Source: the human T2T-CHM13v2.0 reference genome, Homo sapiens
Direction: 5' to 3' (one strand)
DNA: 64,000 nt
Assembly (NCBI RefSeq): GCF_009914755.1
Contig: NC_060927.1
Numbering within the stretch: position 1 is the first letter of the stretch; each line of letters begins with the position of its first letter. Under the pieces are notes generated by a model. That model saw only the letters and a program-made list of their open reading frames with translations, did not search any database and was not told where the DNA came from. Shown in pieces: positions 1 through 13,455 of this stretch. Made by a program: the position numbers and the translations under genes.

Positions 1-149
1 ATAGTAAAATGGTAATGTTAGAATTTAGTTAGTGGGTTCACTCTAAAGTTCTTTTAACATTGCTCAATGTTTGAAATTTTTCATAATAGAAAGTTGGAAA
101 ACAGTAAAACAGCCACAACGTAGCAAAAAATAGCTTTTATATATAGATG

Positions 150-1590
150 AAATACCCGTAAAATGATTCATGAAAAATAACACCATATTTATAATAGCAA
201 AAATGAATAAAACATCTTGGCTAACTTTGCAAGAAACATTCAAAACCTATGTGAGAAAAACTTTAAACACTATTGAGAGAAGCAAAAGTAGACTTGAGCA
301 AACGAAGATACAGATAGGAAGATTCAACTTCAGCAAGGCTTCTGTTCTAGGTGAGTTTATTTTTAAATACAACAGAAACCCAATAAATGGACCACCAAGT
401 TGCTAGATTTTCTTTCTGAAGATAATGGTTAATAAATTTTATTGGAAGAAATAAATTATTCAGAAAAATCTTTAAAAATCAACAAATCTGGCACAGAGGG
501 GCTTGCTCTGTCAGTTATTAAAATATGTTATAAAGCCTTTATAATTGAAACTCTAGTTTGGTGCATGGATAGAGAAAGTAAACCATGAAACAGATTTTAA
601 AAATCCAGAAATTTGACCCAGTCACATATGGAAATTTGACATATAGTAAAGGCAGAACCTCAAATCAGCAAGAGAAGGTAAACTGTCATGTATTACAATA
701 ACTGCATAGCTATATGGTAAGAGATAAAATTTTGATTCATTTCTCACATTGCATAACAAAATACGTTCCAAGTGAGTCAAATATTTAACTTAAAAAATTA
801 TAGAGTACTAAGAGAAAACATGGATGAAAACTTCTGTACTCTGGAAGTGGGCTCATTTTTTTCTAACCATGATTCAAAATCCAGAAGTATTAACAGAAAA
901 TTAAATCAATGCATTTTATTAGAAAGAAATGAATAAATTTTTATTTGGAAAAAGATACCTAAAGGAGGTAAAAGAATAATGACAAACTGGGAAAAATATT
1001 TGCAACTTAATCTCAAAGAGTTAATATATCTAATTAAATTTAAAAAGAGAAGAGAATGGCCAATAACTTTTTATCAGAATTGGCTTATTTATGAACAGTT
1101 TACAAAAAAAGAAACAAGTTTCATCTTTCCACATGAAAGAAGCTCAATTTCCTTTATAACAAGAAAAATGCAAATAAAAATACACTGTGGTAGCCTTTCT
1201 CACGTACCTGATTGACACAAATTAAAGTTCGACAGCATACTCTGTTGCTGAGGTTGCAGGGAAACAAACATTCAAATCCATTGCTGGTGGGACAGCAAAA
1301 TGACACAACCCTTTTAGAGTGGAATTTGCCAATATATATAAAAAATACACATGAATTTACCCTTTGACAAAACTCCTCCACTTCTCAAAATTCTTCCCCA
1401 AAATACTCAGGCAGAACATGAAAAACACATACAGGCATATGCAGAAGGCTGTTCTATACTTTTTAGACTGTTAGACATGATTGTTATTCTAAGAATGTTA
1501 TCTGTATATTATGGGATAAAGCAAATGAATAATCATAACAGTATCATTAAGAACCAAGATTGTCCTCATGAGAGAAAGGAAGTAGAGATT
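150..1590 (+). mobile_element. Old L1M (L1ME-like) fragment, ORF2 3' region
   Basis: A-rich strand with L1 motifs, e.g. gataggaagattcaac, gacaaactgggaaaaatatttgcaac, cattgctggtggga, ccctttgac; heavily decayed. Confidence 0.7.
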
Positions 1591-1986
1591 TAAGAGTGTC
1601 AAGGTTAAGCAAAAACTCTGTAGTCCTGAATTTGAATGGGAAATAGCTGCATAAATTCATGATAAATTTTATCTTTAAAAAAAAATCCTATACTATATAC
1701 ACTGAAAAACCCTAGATCCCGTGACAGGCAGTGAGCATAAAGTTGATTTGGTATTTAAATGAGATACATATAAAACACAACTCTCTGGCATATGAGATAT
1801 TAATGGTGCTCTGAAATGGAAAAATACAAATTCAAGTAAATTTGGGAAATTCTGAATTTCCCTCTTGGAGGTTACATTTTATGTTATATGTTAAATGTTC
1901 TGGAAAAGTCTCTCAGTGAAGCAACCTAAAACATTTTAGCACAGTGGCTGTCCGGAACCCTTTGTGTGTTTTGCAGGAAAAGGGGT

Positions 1987-2030
1987 TGAGGTTGTAGAAC
2001 TCTTATTGTGAGGTTGTAGAACTCTTATTG
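1987..2030. repeat. Perfect 22-bp tandem duplication (tgaggttgtagaactcttattg)x2
   Basis: Read directly from the sequence. Confidence 0.95.
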
Positions 2031-2149
2031 TTTCTTCACTACACAAATGTGCCGTAGGAAACAATTTGGAAAATATTGCTGTGAAAGTGAAATGCAATTT
2101 GTGGATAATTCTTCTTCATAGAGGGACAAGAGGTCTAGAGAGAGCTACT

Positions 2150-3170
2150 GGTGTCGTGTACTTAATGAATGCATAATTTAATGCAACAAGTGTTATTTAG
2201 TATCTACTGGATGCTAAAGGCTATGTTCAATGGTGGGGATCCAAAGGTAAAAACAAGAAAAATGTCTTGGACACCTGGTAGAGCATTAAAATATGATTCT
2301 ATATTGACAGTGCTATAAGCAAGATTTGAAATGTTTTACGGGAATGTTGAATTGCGACTGAGCGCCTCGGTGTGACAAACAGTTGGGAATTAAGTATGAT
2401 GGTGAAAGCAAAGAGGAAGGATCTCCCTGGCAAAGTAAACAGCATGAGCAAAGATAGTTTAACAGCAACAATAGTCACACCTATCTGGAAGAATAAAGGA
2501 AAATAAATGTGAGAGGGTAGGCAGGGTCCAGGTAATGAAAAGAATGTGGGCTTTGGGGTCTGACAAGCCTGGGCCATCATCATTGCTCTACCTGTAAATG
2601 ACCTTTGGAAGGTGATTTAACCTCTGTAAGGCTCAGCTTTCCCACTGGTATCATAAGGATAAAAAAAATTACCTCACAAAGTGATGATGACATAAAAATC
2701 CCACATCCACAGCTTTCAACACAGTGTGGGCACTTAGTCAATATCAGTTGTTATCATTATTAGGCAGATGGGAGCAAAATGGTAAATATCTACTGTTACC
2801 AGTGAAAGGGATCTGGATTTAATCTGTAGTCAGCAGACAGCCATTGAGGGACTCTTAGTGTAGGAATGATGTGACTAGCTCTGTAGTTTGCAAAGGTGAA
2901 CGTGGAGGAATGAATGGATGAAAGGAGACATTGAGCATTGCACGTGATGGAAAATGGTGGGAGGCATAAAGAGGCCATTGGTGGAGTGTTTGACACTGTT
3001 CAGTACTTCACAGGTAGGACTGCTAGAATTCATTAGACTTACATATGTGAGAGCTGGGATTGTGAAAGGGAAGAGAAAGAAAACGGACATCAGTGTTTCT
3101 AGCCTGAGCATCTGAATCTCCAGTAATACTAACAATCGAGACAGGCAACAGAGACGGTACAATAGGTGTG
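2150..3170 (-). mobile_element. L2 fragments interrupted by a + strand MIR (~2540-2760)
   Basis: Antisense L2 3'-end motifs; MIR core aacctctgtaaggctcagctttccc. Confidence 0.55.
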
Positions 3171-3520
3171 TAGAAAGTAATGAATTCAGGTGTGGAATTT
3201 AGTTTGTTTTCTGTCATTATCCATTTGACCTTTCTAGAGTAAGCGAGCTTTTCAGGTTCGAATGTGGCAACCCAGCTTCTGATCTCAAAGATCCTTTTAT
3301 TCTAAGGGACCACTATATTTTGAATAGTATGTAAGGTGTCACAAAGTAAAATACTACAAGCTATTAGAGAAACCTAACATGGTAGCTGGATATGGATACC
3401 AACTGGCTATCACGTGGTAGGCAAATGTGGCTTGAATTACTGTATTTATCGAAGCAGTGTTTTCTTTAAGCATAATTGAAAGTTTACTTTTAAATTTGGA
3501 CATTCTACTCAATGCCAATT

Positions 3521-3546
3521 TGTGTGTGTGTGTGTGTGTGTGTGTG
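3521..3546 (+). repeat. (TG)13 microsatellite 20 nt upstream of exon 6
   Basis: Read directly from the sequence. Confidence 0.98.
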
Positions 3547-3559
3547 TTTCTTGTTTTAA

Positions 3560-3823
<264 letters not shown>

Positions 3824-4090
3824 TAAGTTTTAAATGTCTATTATTATTTACTTTAAAATATGTGTCAAAACTTGCTTGATTATAAAACTTTAAATGATTG
3901 AATCAATGCATGAATGAGCAAATGAATGTAAGAATGAGTTAAGATATATTTGGGGGTTATGGTTTGGTCTCATTTTCTTGAAATAGAGATTTTTTTTTTT
4001 TTTTTGCACTATGCCAAATTCTTCTTTGGTGAATTTAGGTGGGTATAGGATGGAAGAGGAAGGGAAAGGAGCAGTTGCTGTAGGTACCTC

Positions 4091-5066
4091 TGAATATGGA
4101 AAAACTGAAGTCATTTTTCCTCTGCTCTCATACCACAACAGGAATTCACACAGAAGACTTCTGTGACCAAATGTCAGTGGAGAGGTTTCCCCCACACACC
4201 AAGCTAGCAATAAATTCTGCAGTGGACACAAGCTGACTGTCCTCTACTTCAATTCCTACATGATCTATCTGGCATGCTGTGAAACCCCACAAGTTGGAGG
4301 CTTAGTTCCCAAGACTCTTCCCCTTGCCACTTGCAATGACAGTGGCAAACCCTAGGTTGTTTTGTCTGGGCTTCTGATGGTCCGGCTATAAACTGGAATT
4401 TTCACAATCTCCTCCTCAGGTTTGATTAATTTGCTAGAGCAACTCACAAAACTCAGTAAAACACTTACTTAAATTTATTACAAAAGGTATTTTAAAGGAC
4501 ACAAATAAACCTCCAGATGAAGAGATCCTAGGGCAAAGTCTGAAAGGGTCCTGAGAGTAGGAGTTTCTGTCCTCAGGGATTTGGGGTGTGCTGGCCTCCC
4601 CTGCACAAAGATGAGTTCTTGCTCACTTTCCTGTCAGCCTCCATGTGTTCAACTCTGAACCTTGTCCTCTTGGGCCTTTTATGAAGATTTCATTGGAATA
4701 GGCATGATCGACAACCACGAAGAAATGTGACTGTACACAAAGGGTATAATCTGATACTAATAGGCTAAGCGGGAATACCTGGTGAGGCCTGTCTGTCCAG
4801 ATCCTTCTTGGTCTATCTGTGCAACATTTCTTCCTCCAGGATATGGGGCAGGACCCTTCTAAAATGACGGGCTGATAGCGTATTAACAAAAAGGTGGAGG
4901 AAGGTTAGAATGCTGCCTTGGGCTGGTAAAAGGAGGGCAGGGTAAGGTCAGAAAGAGAAATTGTTTTCTGAGGCCTAAAGTGCCCCAACATTATAACAAG
5001 GGCTATGGTAATTATGAGCCAAGAACCATACATGAAAAGCTACACACACACACACACACACACACA

Positions 5067-5104
<38 letters not shown>

Positions 5105-5113
5105 AACATCACA
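4091..5113 (-). mobile_element. MER21-family solo LTR
   Basis: ttcccccacacaccaagc...aattctgcagtggacac...ttcaattc and aatttgctagagcaactcacaaaactca resemble MER21; ends ...catcaca. Confidence 0.75.
5042..5097. repeat. Compound (CA)n(CT)n microsatellite
   Basis: Read directly from the sequence. Confidence 0.95.
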
Positions 5114-5379
5114 ATACTCAAGTTAATTGAGATAATATTTGTAATTTGCCACATCAACCATATTTCAAGTTTTAAACATATTTCTCAAAGTACAAAACTC
5201 TTTTATAAATTGATAGGTTTCCTAAAAGAGGTGGGTAGAGATAAGTGAAAAAATGGGCCAATAGGATAAAAGACATAGGAGAAAGCACACTCTGATAATG
5301 TCTGTTTGAATAGTCTCAACTCTTACAACATCTTAATGTTTCACATGCCAACAGCTAAATAAGTAAACTTGAATGTATG

Positions 5380-6830
5380 AGCAATGCAACATTCAACAGA
5401 GACAGTAACAAATAATCATAATTATATTATAAACAAATTGTGTAACTGAAGTGAAGGAGGGTGAGGAAGAAATAATGAATGCAAGTAATTTTGGAAAATA
5501 GTATCTGACTATATAAGGCTGAAGACAAAATAACTGTACACATATATTAGACAATATCTAGTAAATCTGTATTTTTCTCACAATTCTGAAGCTAATCTAT
5601 GTATATAATGGGACTGAGAAAATAATTATATATATTGCGGATAATGAGAGCCAGGTTTCTCATTATCCAAGATAAAAATCACTAACAAGGAATGAGAGAA
5701 ATATAGAATGAACCCTGTTGTGTTGGATTACAATATGTATGGTTTTTAATATACATGCAATGGGTAAATATAGAAGTAAATTTTACATGTATATTATATA
5801 TACCAATTCTGCCTGGCTCTGTTCCCTGAGAGGGCCTGAGAGCAATGGTACACTGGTAAAAATGAGCACATGTAGCACACATATCTTATTTATAAATACC
5901 ATTGTTAAATTAAAAAGGTTAAAAGAACCCTTAGAAAATGGTTGGGACCAGGGCTAGGGCAGGGAAAGTCCAAGATAAGCTGGAGACATGCTGTACCAGA
6001 ATATAAGAAAGTTCTCAAAAACTGAAGTGGTCATGTTGAAAGGGCACAGAAACCAAATTGGAAGAGATCCCATTGGCCAACTCTGGGACCCCAGTGGATT
6101 ATAACTCATAAAATAAATAACCATGAGTCCATACTGATATCAGTAAACACTTGAACTAATTAAACAAATACAAGAGAATAGGCAGCATGATGGAATAAAG
6201 TTAAGATGGAAATACAAAGTCGCCCTTTTGTAAAGACCTAAGTAGTAATTTTTTTAGGCAAGAATCATGGGATGCTAAAAGTATTGGGTTACAGTATGAT
6301 GAGAAACAAGATATTTGCATAGCCCTCAAAGTACCTTTCACCAAGATACATATGAATAACCAAAAACAAAATAGTAGCTCTGTGGTGGAGAAAACTGGGA
6401 GATAGCACGTAAAAGAGGTAATCAAGGTGGACATCATCACTTATGAGACTCATGAACATTGTGTGCCTTTTGATATGATACACTGGCATGCTTACAGCAT
6501 CGCTTCTGAGGTTTTACTGCCAAAAAGCCTACCTTAAATCTAATTTTAAGGAAACATCAAACAAATCCAAATTAAAAGATGTTCTATAAAATCACTGGCA
6601 AGTACTTTTCAAAAGTGTCCAGGTCATGAGAATAATAGATAAAGGAACTGTTTCTGACTCAAAGAGACCAAGGAAGTACTACTGTCAAATGTAATGGGGA
6701 AATACTGATTAATCTTATGCTAGAAAAAACACTAATGGGAAGGTGGAGGAATTTTAATAACATTTACAGATTAATTTTAGTAGCATTCCATCAGTGTTAA
6801 CTTACTGGTTTAGATATAGTATGATTTTAA
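5380..6830 (+). mobile_element. L1MC-type (L1MC3/L1MC4-like) 3' UTR
   Basis: gagccaggtttctca, ccatgagtccatactgatat, gatatttgcatagcc, gtggagaaaactgg, ggaaacatcaaacaaatccaaatt. Confidence 0.7.
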
Positions 6831-8539
6831 AAAACTCTTTACTTTTTTCTCTTAATAACAACTCATTTAAAACGCACAACATTGTATCAATCTTCAGGAG
6901 TTGCCTAGTATCTGAATGAAGAGGCACCACATTCAATATGGGGATCATTAGTTTCCTAATTTTGATGGAGAGAAAGAAGGTCAACTACAAGTTATGTTCT
7001 TTCTGTATTTTTTTCTTGATGTTGCAGAATTTCCTAATACTTGTATAACCAATTTTCCCAGAGTCAAACAATATAAATTTTATTTTTTTCAAGCATCATA
7101 TTTCATTTGCTGAGGTCAGTTTCTGGATTTTTTATTCTGGTTCATGGATATGTATGAACATTCTTACACTAGCGACAAAAATAAAATTTGTTAGGTGAGT
7201 TTTCTTGATGGTTCTTCCCTGATTCTTCTTTTAGAGAATGATTATAGACCATTTTGTCTAGATGGTCTTGTCTGTTGACAAGCCAAAATGACTGAGCTAT
7301 CCATAGGGCTTATGTTTATTAAGTGGTTATTGTGTGCCAGAAACTGCTAAACATTTTATGCATTGGCTTATTTTATCTTTAAAACCTCATAATGGTTTAG
7401 GATGCTATTTTTTTTTCCTTTTTTTTTTTTAACAGATAAGGAAACTGATTCATGGGGAATTTAAGAATTACGATATTCAAATCCATACAGCTAGGTAGCG
7501 ATGATGTTATACTTGAGACACAGGACAACTAAGTCCACAGTCTGCTTCCTGGAATGTTATTCTTCAAGTTGCTGAGAGGAAGGGCTTCCTGCATCATTCC
7601 TGCTGCCTCCTCTTAGATCTGAGGTTGCATGGGAATTTCAGGAAGGGCTAATTTTCTCTCTCTCTTTTTTTTTTGTCATCATTGTAATCACACTCTATGG
7701 TCAACAAAATCTTCTTTCTCTGAGGATATATTTTTCTTCCATATGACAGCTCAGAGACTTCTGGCTCCCAAGACACTGCAGTATTCATGGATGACAGTGC
7801 TCAAAAGTTTTGTAAAGCAAAGAAGCTGTGCTAAATTTAATCAGTGGGTCCTATGTCACTTTACGGGAGCAAAGCTTAGAGGGGAAAAAAACTTGACATG
7901 TTTTACTCATTCAATTTTCTGACTTTCGGTTAAAAAATCAAATCCTAGAGAAAAGAAAATATTTGTCCAAGACTCCATAGCTAGCAAAGGACAGAGACAG
8001 ATCTAGAACTCAAGTCTTTTTCCAATCCGTTGTGAAAAATTTAAACTTTATATCGCATGTTTTAGGAGGATATTGATTTTTCTTTGTTTCAAGAAGCTTG
8101 AGATTATGTTTCACTGTTACATTAGTACAAAATTTGCTGTATAGGTAGGAGTTCTGTTCCAGATAGCAGAGTATAATTTAATAATTCTGGTCTTCACATT
8201 TGCCAAAGTAGCAATTTAAGAAATGATAATATCGTACCCTAAAGGCATTGATACAGTTTCATCAAGTATTTAGCCTCCTCTTATGCATTGAGGAAAGAAA
8301 TGGGTAATTTAGTTTTTATCATGCCTAGATATTTTTCCTGCATCCCAAATCAATGCAAAGTCCCAAGCCTAAATTCATTTTAGTTATCTTTATGTTGGCC
8401 CATCAAATATAAATTTAAGTAATTTGGTGTCTTGATTGTAAAATCTCAAATAATAGCTATAGAAAGAAGGATTTCATCTGAAGCATGTCTGTACTTCAAT
8501 TTACTAGTTTCTAGAAAACAAATTGGAGTAGGTTATATT

Positions 8540-8990
8540 TTGTAGAGATGGCAGATCTCACATGCTTTTTTTGCAATATGATGTTAGCTTTCCTTCATCA
8601 AGAGGTGAGATTTATTTTTCCTCCCTTTGAGTGAGCCTGTGACTAATTTGGAAGTAGCACTGTGACTTCTAAGGCAAAATGTTTTTGTCTAGTTTTGTTA
8701 GAACATTTGGACTATAAGCATGGCTACCATGCTGGGAAGAAGCCTAGATGCCCCACTGATGGGCCACATGTAGCCACATATTCTGGCTACAACCCCAGTT
8801 GAGTATCCCACCGGTTAGCCAATATCAACTGTCAGACATGAGAGCCTCGAATTGCCCCAGCTGACATGAGTGGACCAGAGAGCTGCTGTCCCCACAGAGC
8901 TCTGACCAAATTACAAAATATATGTTGTCACTGTTTTGAGTACTAATATTCAGAGTGGTTTCTTGGGCAGAAAGAGATATCAGGAACCCG
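8540..8990 (+). mobile_element. MLT1 (MLT1H-like) MaLR solo LTR
   Basis: catcaagaggtg, ccatgctgggaagaagcc, caactgtcagacatg, gccccagctgaca. Confidence 0.65.
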
Positions 8991-10373
8991 AACAAATGCA
9001 ACGTTCCTGGAATCTGTGCATGGCGTGGTAAAATGAGAACAGAAAATGTGTCTAGTAAATACGTTGATGCAGAAGACTGGTTTATTATCTGGGCTATCTG
9101 AATCTCTATTCCTTCTCTGTCCAAGAAGAAAGAAACTCAGATACTCTCATCCAGTAGGGGAGATTTCGGGCTTCAGTACAATCTGTTATCTGTCCTTTAC
9201 TGTCTGTTACCCATCTTGTCAGGTGACCCTATTTCTTTTGCCCTAGTGTACCTGCATCTTGGCTCTAATGCCTTGTGGGCATCTCTGTGGGGAATCATTT
9301 CCCCTTTGGTGAATTCTTTATCTCCTCTGGACTTTTTTAAAATATAGAGTTCATTGAACACAATGCTTCTTATTCTGTTTTAAGAAGTTCATGGATGCTG
9401 TTAAAAAGGAGATGTGGGGATTAAAAACTGGAAATAATAAGACAGCTGCATTAGAGAATCCATCAAAAAGGCCAAACCCACACAATGTGCTATTACAAGT
9501 CATCACTTAGATAAAGTATGCAGCTCTTCTGCCTTAATTTTTTTAAAACCGGAACTTTAATGAGAATGGAAAGGGCGTGACAAGACCGTTTCTTCTAACT
9601 AAGATTGCAAGAAGGGAAAAAGATTAGGTGATGGGGCCCATTCTGATGAATATGTAGCTGGTGCACTTGAGTTCCTCTGGAGCCCCAGGCCTCCCATATT
9701 CTTCCTTTCTCCTCTCAAAGACTATGAAAATCTCAAATCATGTTGTTTAATGAATAGAAGCTATAGAATTACAGTAAAGCACATGAATGCTAGTATCCAA
9801 TGTGAAAGAAAAAGGTGAGTATCTCAATAATAATGTCTTCATGCAAACTGACAGGATTCTCATTTCTTTGCTAATAACATGTGAAATCCAGATTTTATTT
9901 CTTCTTCTTATATGCTCGCAAGACTTGTTGAAATCAGAAAGCCAATATTAAAAATCTTTTGTTGTTATTGATGTTTTTGTTGTCATTATTTTCTTCCTAT
10001 ACTGGAAAGACTTGTGTTGATTCTTACACACAGCAGGCTTAAGAGATCCCTATTATGATAAAGTGGGTGCCTTTGTGGTCTATGGGGGTAGTGTCTAGGT
10101 AAAAGACAGAAAAAAACAAATTGAAATGGTGCTTTGGCCACACACAGATTCAGCTGTTGACTCAAATTGGTGGGACCAAAGCAGTGTTGCTCACAGGAGA
10201 TCGGTGTCCACTCCCAGAGCTCCAGCTTGCTGTTTGGAAAATTAAAAAAATGTTTATAGTGATGGAGAAATTTAAATTAGATACCAGTTAGGTATGAACA
10301 CTTAACCAGCAGGTGGGGAGCAGAGAGGGAGGAAGGAGCCAGTGTGCCAAAGCCTTTATTGGGGTTCAGGGCA

Positions 10374-10744
10374 TGTATTAATCCATTTTCACACTGCTGC
10401 ACTGCTGATAAAGACTTGCCTAATACTGGGTAATTTATAAAGAAAAGGGGGTTTAATGGACTCACAGTTCCATGAGGCTGGGGAAGCCTCACAATTAGGG
10501 TGGAAGACAAAAGGCACGTCTTTACATGGTGGCGGGCAAAAGAGAATGAGAGCCAAGTGAAAGGGGAAACCCCTTTTAAAGACATCAGATCTGGTGAGAC
10601 TCATTCACTACCACAAGAACAGTATGGGGGAAACTGCCCGCATGATTCAATTATGTCCCACTGGGTCCCTCCCACAACACATAGGAATTATGGGAGCTAC
10701 AATTCAAGATGAGATTTGAGTGGGGAAACAGCCAAACCGTATCA
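10374..10744 (-). mobile_element. THE1 (THE1B/C-like) solo LTR with 5-bp TSD gggca
   Basis: tgtattaatccattttcac...cagccaaaccgtatca; gggca at 10369-10373 and 10745-10749. Confidence 0.92.
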
Positions 10745-11058
10745 GGGCATTACCTGGATATGTTTCCTGTGACAGAGTTGGATTTGTTAACTTGAAGAGT
10801 GTGTGAGTATAAGCAAGGGAACTCAGTAAGCCCGTTCTTGGTAGTTCCAGGAGCAGAGTAAGCCACTCAAGTGGTTCAGGTTATACAGCCTTGTTTGTCT
10901 AGAACCCAAAAACAGGAAATGGATGAAGACTGCCTTCAAATACATAGATCAAGAGTGACAAGACAGAGACAGGATGAGATGGATACCGAGGCAATTTGAA
11001 TATTCATATTCAAATGAGAGTTATGACAGCATCTTAACCAGACAGGGAAAAGTATGCT

Positions 11059-11067
<9 letters not shown>

Positions 11068-11095
<28 letters not shown>
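11068..11095 (+). repeat. (A)28 homopolymer
   Basis: Read directly from the sequence. Confidence 0.95.
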
Positions 11096-12549
11096 GATGC
11101 CAAACCTTGAGGAAGCAGCCATGATGTTGAGAACGTCCCCACACAAACAACTAACTCAACACAAGAATGACGCTAAAATATGTGTTCAATAGATGGTAAT
11201 GATTTTTTATAGTTTTTATCATTGTTTTATTTGCTTATACCTCAAAACCAGACTTAACAATGCTTTCAGCTCCCCAGACAAATGTATTTTTCATTGCACC
11301 AAAGTTGCCCTCTTCTAACTGATATCTAATTTTAATTTCTCTGTCACTATAAACAATTTTTTTTTTTTATTTTCCAAACAGCAAGCTGGGGCTCACATTG
11401 GGAGAGGGTACTGATATTCTCAGAGCAGCATTGCTTTGGTGCCATCAATTTGGGTCAATGGCTGAATCTGTGTGTGGCCAAAGCACCATTTGAGTTTGTA
11501 AATGGCATGAAATAGAGCATTGTTTTCCGCTGGGAATATTGGTCCAGTATTAGCCTATAGACAGATAGCAGTCATATATCATATTATCATGTGGCCAGTG
11601 GTATTTTTTCCTAGATCCAGAGGATCATGAAATAAACAGAACTCAGTTACTGAATGTTTTGTGATTCGTTTGTAACTATTGCTGAAACTAACAAAAACTC
11701 ATGTCTTGCATTATTTGTACATAGTTTTCCAGTTGTTCTATGTGGTTAATATTAAGGATTCTTTACTCATCCAACCATACACAGTTATATATTAAGTATG
11801 GACAGATAGATACAGATATAGATATAGGTATATATGCTTAATAAATATATTCGTTCTTTAAAATTCACTCCAAAGTCTAATTCTGCCAGAATAATTGGTT
11901 GTGTCTTAAGATAGACATTTTAGGAAGATCCAAATGAGAGATTGAGAAAGAAACCAATATTTACTGAATACCTGACAAACACACTGCTAAACCTTTTACC
12001 TGCTTATGATATAAATTAGAAATAACCAGCAAAAACATTTTAAATACAATGAGTAGAAAAGTACATTTAAATACATTTTTCTTATTTACTTCTTGTTTTC
12101 TAAATTGCATTTCTCTTTTAACATTAATTTGTTGTTTTTGAAATTGTTCTTTACTGACGAAAATTTAGTGTTAGATGGAAACTAAAATAATAGTTAAAAG
12201 CATCATCATCAGGAGCATAATAAAACTTAAGGCTGTCTCTTAAAATTAATGCATATAGGTTTTATTCCTCAGAAAGGGGAAAATACTAGAATAAAATTTT
12301 AAGAAATATTGAGAAACAGTGAAACTATTCAAAAGGGGAAGTAGTCTTCCACCTTCTATAATTAAAATTCATAGGCCATAGTGATAACTTGCCTATGAAT
12401 TGCAGGGGCCGTTTTGGGGGGACCTATTAAAGGGGATATCTAGTAACTACCTTTCTCCTCGTTAAGTCTCTAGCCTGTCACCCATAGTACAAGAGATATA
12501 AGGAATCTTGTTTAACTTTAGAATCTTTCATTTTTTCTGTCTTCCTTAG

Positions 12550-12689
12550 GTAGTGCTGGCACTCCAGTGATGTTTAACAAGAACGGGGATGCACCTGGGC
12601 GTTATGACATCTTTCAGTACCAGACCACAAACACCAGCAACCCGGGTTACCGTCTGATCGGGCAGTGGACAGACGAACTTCAGCTCAAT
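12550..12689 (+). CDS. GRM7: GRM7 coding exon (exon 7), end of VFT domain, phase 1-0, 140 nt
   Basis: Translates (G)[46 protein letters not shown], in frame with the previous exon (G|GT). Pyrimidine tract plus ttag| ends 12549; donor AAT|gtgagt starts 12690. Confidence 0.97.
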
Positions 12690-13249
12690 GTGAGTTCTGC
12701 TTGCTTCTCTTCTTCCCTTGTTGAGATGAATGAACAGACTTTTAATTTGCTCAGTTATACAAATGTTTCTTGTTTAATGTTTGTGTGCATATACAAGTGA
12801 GCATGCAATTTGTTGTGGGCATCAGCAGGAACTGATATCCAATAATAATGATGGTGATGACGATGATGGGAAATGTGCATTGAGTTTTGTGCATTATATT
12901 CATGACCTGTGCGAATTATCTCATTTAATCTGAGACTGGGGTTACTTAGCAAACAGGTTACTACTTAGCAATTTCACAAGATCCTTCTCTTGGTTAAACT
13001 TTTTATTTCTTCTGCCTCCCCCCATTCCTTCCTTTTTCTTCTTTATTTGATGGTACTGATATTTTTATTATTATTTTGAGACATTTGAGTGTATTTATGT
13101 GAGATTTGTAATGGGATTATCTGAGTAATTGCAGTGCTTCCATTTCTGTAACCTCTCCCACTTTCTATAAAATGTGACCTAAGTAAGCAGCCACTTTCCT
13201 TCACAAGATTATGTCAAATCCATCAGCCAATGTCCCAGCTCCAAAACAA

Positions 13250-13455
13250 TCCAAAAATTCTCTCTTAGCCTTTTTGTTCTATTTAGGCCTTGAAATAATT
13301 GGGTAAGACTCATCCACATTGGGGAGGGCAATTTACTTTACTCACCCACTGATTCAAATGTTCATCTAATCCAGAAACCTCACAGACACACCTAGAATAT
13401 TCGACCAACTATCAGGGCACTGCATGGCAAAGTAGAATATGAGATTAACCATCAC
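13250..13455 (-). mobile_element. MLT2 (ERVL) LTR fragment
   Basis: ccagaaacctcacagacacacctagaa...attaaccatcaca, the reverse complement of the MLT2 start tgtgatggttaat. Confidence 0.75.
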
